From assembly GCF_009914755.1 (NCBI RefSeq), contig NC_060929.1: DNA of 64,000 nt; one strand, written 5' to 3'. Below, piece after piece: positions 51,070 through 64,000 of this stretch. This DNA is from the human T2T-CHM13v2.0 reference genome, Homo sapiens. The stretch's first letter is position 1. Each line of letters begins with the position of its first letter. The notes below the pieces were generated by a model. It was not told where the DNA came from, ran no database searches, and saw only the letters and a list, made by a program, of their open reading frames with translations. The translations under genes were made by a program, and so were the position numbers.

Positions 51070-52075
51070 TCATAGCTTTATTTTTTGTTTGCTTTTTTAG
51101 TAAGTCAGAGTTATTGAGCTATAACTTATAGTAAAATGTATACCTTTTAATGTATACTTTTATGAGTTTTGACAAACATATCCAATCATACAACCACCAC
51201 CACAATCAAGATATTGAACATTTTCATCATCTTAAAAAGTTTCCTTATGTCTCTTTGTAAAAGCAAACCCCTTCCTGCACCCATCGCCCCTCAAAACTAC
51301 TGATCTGTTTTCTGTCTCCGTAGTTTTGCCTTTTCCAGAATGTCATGTACATGGAATATACTGTATGTATGTAGCCTTTGATTGAACCTGTCTTCCTTTT
51401 TTTTTTTGAGACAGAGTCTCACTCTGTCACACAGGCAGTGGCCTGATCTCAGCTCACTGCAACCTCTGCCTCCAGGGCTCAAGGGATCTTCCCGCCTCAG
51501 CCCCCTAAGTAGCTGGGATTATAGATGTGACCCACCATGCCCAGCTAATTTTTGTATTTTTTGTAGAGATGGGGTTTCACCATGTTGCCCAGGCCTCCCA
51601 AAGTGCTGGGATTACAGGCGTGAGCCAGTGCGCCCAGCTGAATCTGTATTCTTTCACTCAACATGACACATTTGAGATTCATCCATATTGTTGCCTGGAG
51701 TAATAATTTGTTCCTTTTGGTTGCTGAGTTGTATTCCTTTGGGTGGGGATATACTACAGTTTATCCATTCACCAGTTGAAGGGCATTTGGGTTGCCTCCA
51801 GTTTTTGGCAATTTTGAATAAAACCACCATCAATGTTCACTTACAAATGTTTGTGTGAATATATTTCCATTTCTCTTAGATAAATATCCAAGCATATATG
51901 CTTATAAGAAACTGCCAAACTATTCTCCAAAGTAGCTATATGTGCTGTTTTACTTTCCTGCTAGCAACACATGAGGGTTCCACTTGCTTCACATCCTGTA
52001 CAACTTTTGGTATTATCAGTTTTTGTTTGTTTTTATTTTTGTTTTTTAGCCACTTTAATAGGTGTGTGCTGATAT
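51070..52075 (-). mobile_element. L1M 3' fragment with a nested, internally deleted Alu; followed by a plus-strand FLAM (~52237-52390)
   Basis: tatgagttttgacaaacat, ccagaatgtcat, ataagaaactgccaaac. Confidence 0.75.
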
Positions 52076-52420
52076 AGCTTTATTTTTAAATGTGTGCTAA
52101 ATTTTTAAAAATCAATTTGCATAAATGATTATGTTGTGTTTTCTGGTAACTCAGTTATTTGTTAAATGTCAGTAGGCAGCAGTTTTGGATTGCTATTAGA
52201 AAATGAAAGATGAAAATTCACTTAAAAAAGAAAGCAGGCTGGGCATGGTGCCTCATGCCTATAATCCCAGCACTTTAGGAGGCCAAAAAGGGAGGATCAC
52301 TTGCAGCTAGGAGTTGGAGAGTAGCCTGGGCAACATAGCGAGACCCCTTCTCCGTAATTAAAAATAATAAAATTAAAATTAAGAAAAAGAAAGTGAACTA
52401 ACTGCTCCTTCCTTTCACAG

Positions 52421-52494
52421 AGCTTGTCGGTTAAAGAAGAAAGCCCAGTATGAAGCTAATAAAGTGAAATTATGGGGCCTCAACACAGAATATG
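52421..52494 (+). CDS. CREBRF: CREBRF exon 7 (74 nt, aa 536-561; ACRLKKKAQYEANKVKLWGLNTEY, basic region and zipper start)
   Basis: Branch-point-like ACTAAC 52397-52402; cctttcacag|A GCT TGT CGG ... TAT G|gtaaac. Confidence 0.96.
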
Positions 52495-53093
52495 GTAAAC
52501 CTAAAGTTTTAAGAAGTTGATTAACCACCTATTGATTTGCTGACCACTCTCTCTTTTCTTTGGTTTGTGATTTGCTTTCGCTGTATTCTGCCTAGTTTTT
52601 GGCTAGCCTCCTATTTGTTTATCTGTTCAGTAAGCCACATGCTCACTTTCCTTCAGTCTTGTCCACCTTTTAATATAAGTTTCTGTACTGCTGACTTCCC
52701 AATCCACATCTCATCTTTACACTAACAAGCTGATCCACATTGTGACCATGATAATTTGTTTATTTTTTTCTATAAAAGATGTGAAAAGTTTTACAAGTAA
52801 ATTAAGAATAGGCAGCAAAAACAACCTGCACTTCTCGAAAGATCACAATAATTTCTTCTATTTTATAATTGTGTTACTGGATTAGCCAGTTTTGTTGACT
52901 GATTTTAATATTTTCCCTAAATTGAATAATGATATTTTAGGCTTCGTATGAATAATTCAGACCTGTGTTTTTCAGATTTGATTGCTCATTGGAATTGTCT
53001 GTGTACTTGGTTAAAATACACATTTCTAGGCTTCTCTGCAGATCTTCTGAATTAGATTGTGTACAAGTAGAACTCAAGAATCCATATTTTTAA

Positions 53094-56240
<3,147 letters not shown>

Positions 56241-56339
56241 ACAGAACAAAAACCTCAAATCACCAAGGCAGTCTCTGAAGAGGTAGAGATTAATTTCAGA
56301 CTGTAGGAATCCTGTGTGCTGAAATAAAAAATGTGTTTT

Positions 56340-61445
<5,106 letters not shown>

Positions 61446-62256
61446 TTTTTTTTTTGAGTTGGAGTCTTGCTCTGTTGTCCAGGCTGGAGTGCAGTGGCGC
61501 AGTCTCGGCTCACTGCAAGCTCCGCCTCCTGAGTTCATGCTATTCTCCTGCCTCAGCCTCCTGAGTAGCTGGGACTACAGGCACCTGCCACCACGCCCAA
61601 CTAATTTTTTGTATTTTTAGTAGAGACAGGGTTTCACCGTGTTAGCCAGGTTGGTCTCTATCTCCTGACCCCGTGATCCGCCCGCCTTGGCCTCCCAAAG
61701 TGCTGGGATTACAGGTGTGAGCCACCACGCCTGGCCTTAACTTGCTTTTTGTTCTGTTTTGTTTTAAAGCTTTTCAAGGTGGGGAAATCTGTTTTTAAAG
61801 CTTTTGTTTTTGAGGGACTTGGTTTGATTTATTTAATAAACATTTACTAAGGTCCTGTGATTCGATATAGCAGGCACTATCAGGTCTTAAAGCAATGAAG
61901 ACAAGTAGGGCAAGTTGCTTACAGGTTAGTGGACATCGATGCATGTCTACAGTGTGTTGTCTTTTTTCCTTGCCATTTTTTTTAGTTGGAGATGGGGTCT
62001 CACTGTGGTACCTAGGCTGGAGCACAGCGGCTATTCACAGTCACCATCCTAGTGCAACTGCCTGCAACTCCTGGGCTAAAGCCATTCCCCTGCCTCAGCC
62101 TCCCAAGTAGCTGGGACTGCAGGTGCACACCACCACACCTGGCTACAGTGTGTTATCAAAAGTGCATACCCAGTAATCTTGAGGGTTTTGTTGTTGTTGT
62201 TGTTGTTTGCTGCTGTTGTTGTTGTTGTTTTTTGAGAGGGAGTCTTGCTCTGTTAG

Positions 62257-62442
<186 letters not shown>

Positions 62443-62682
62443 TGACCTCATGCAGTCCACCTGCCTTGGTCTCCCAAAGTGTTGGGATTATAGGCGTGAG
62501 CCACTGCACCTGGCTAATCTTGAGATATTTTTAAAAAACAAGTGCCACATCATTTGAAATCAGTTTCTTTGTATAGGAGCTGCTTATAATCATTACTGCT
62601 TAATGCTTTCTTACACATTCTCCATTTCTTTTTTTTTTTGAGCATAGAATTTTTTTTATTTGTTGGTGTCATCTATTATTTC

Positions 62683-62728
<46 letters not shown>

Positions 62729-63104
62729 CTTTAAGTTTTAGGGTACATGTGCACAATGTGCCAGTTAGTTACATATGTATACATGTGCCATGCTGGTGTG
62801 CTGCACCCATTAACTCGTCATTTAGCATTAGGTATATCTCCTAATGCTATCCCTCCCCCCTCCCCCCACCCCACAACAGTCCCCAGAGTGTGATGTTCCC
62901 CTTCCTGTGTCCATGTGTTCTCATTGTTCAATTCCCATCTATGAGTGAGAACATGCGGTGTTTGGTTTTTTGTCCTTGCGATAGTTTACTGAGAATGATG
63001 ATTTCCAATTTCATCCATGTCCCTACAAAGGACATGAACTCATCATTTTTTATGGCTGCATAGTATTCCATGGTGTATATGTGCCACATTTTCTTAATCC
63101 AGTC
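62683..63104 (-). mobile_element. 5'-truncated young L1PA (L1PA2-4-like) 3' end with (TAT)n tail
   Basis: Near-consensus ttattatactttaagttttagggtacatgtgcac...; G-rich tract; TSD tccatttctt at 62621-62630 and 63103-63112. Confidence 0.92.
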
Positions 63105-63191
63105 CATTTCTTAATTATCTGTTATTACATAATTAAAAGGAAAGTCTTTCATGGTAGTGACATATTCCAAGTGTTTTGTTCTGTCTTACAG

Positions 63192-63314
63192 ATAATTTAT
63201 TGTTTGTAATCAACTCCATCAAGCAAGAGATTGTAAACCGGGTACAGAATCCAAGAGATGAGAGAGGACCCAACATGGGGCAGAAGCTTGAAATCCTCAT
63301 TAAAGATACTCTCG
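63192..63314 (+). CDS. CREBRF: CREBRF exon 8 (123 nt, aa 561-602; DNLLFVINSIKQEIVNRVQNPRDERGPNMGQKLEILIKDTL)
   Basis: gtcttacag|AT AAT TTA ... ACT CTC G|gtaaga; no stop, so the last coding exon lies beyond the window. Confidence 0.95.
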
Positions 63315-64000
63315 GTAAGAAGAATGCGAGATAAATTCATAACAATTAATAATATGTGTAAGATGTATGATTTAAGGGGATATTAAAAGTTCTTTTAGTT
63401 TAAGGAAAAACTCAAGTGCTCTCATTGTAATTACTCTCCTTTATGAGTAGTTTTATCTTTTGAGATTTAGTGTTCATAAACATGTGTTGCAGGTGACCAC
63501 AACTTGTAATTTAGACTTAATCATGAAACTATTTTAACATTTAAGAAAAACAAACTTCTAGCAACTTTAACCTTTCATGGAGGACAAAAGGTCCCAGAGC
63601 TGTCAAGCCTGCAGTTTGCACTTTAGTGTAGAGATTCTTACTTGTTTTACTCAGTAATGCATTTCACAGGATTCCCACAAACTTGGCTCTCTGGTTTCCC
63701 ATCCCTGAACAGATTGCACAATGTGGGGAGGATCAGAGGGCAGGGATCTAGACGTCAGGCCAACTGAGAGCTGACAGGGAAGAGAGAGCTAGCTAGTATA
63801 GACATAGACATGAGAATCAGCTCAGCTGCTGTAGGAGAAAGTCACTGACAGACAGTAGCATCCAAGGCATCCAGCGTTATATGACCCACGAAAACCCCCA
63901 AAATTAAATATACACAATAAAAGGTCAAATGTTTTTCTTGAACAAAAGTATATTTATATTGAAAACAATCAGGTGAAGAGTAGACCCTAATCGCCAGTAT

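Overview
Human (primate) genomic DNA, very Alu/L1-rich, lying entirely inside the + strand gene CREBRF (C5orf41/LRF, a bZIP regulator related to Drosophila REPTOR). The window starts in intron 1 and ends in intron 8; exon numbers follow my recollection of the reference transcript. Seven GT-AG exons (20690-20889, 26609-26734, 30423-31509, 48739-48933, 50637-50826, 52421-52494, 63192-63314) splice in frame into codons 1-601 (MPQPSVSGMDPPFG...ILIKDTL). Codon 457 is CGA (Arg, 48885-48887), the non-variant allele of the known p.R457Q site. Read-through of the exon 4 donor gives a short bZIP-less ORF ending GIIMLASLPD*. Intron 2 holds a disabled antisense CDC42 processed pseudogene, and a piece of it was copied into an Alu in intron 3, so exon 3 is bracketed by direct repeats. 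Intron 4 holds a near full-length ancient antisense L1M. Intron 7 holds a truncated L1PA with an apparent 3' transduction just upstream of exon 8. Almost all other track ORFs are Alu, L1 or low-complexity artefacts. I find no convincing new biological system. The best leads are the retrotransposition histories, a candidate Alu exon, a possible CTG-initiated extension and short linear motifs in CREBRF. Repeat subfamily names and boundaries were read by eye and are approximate.
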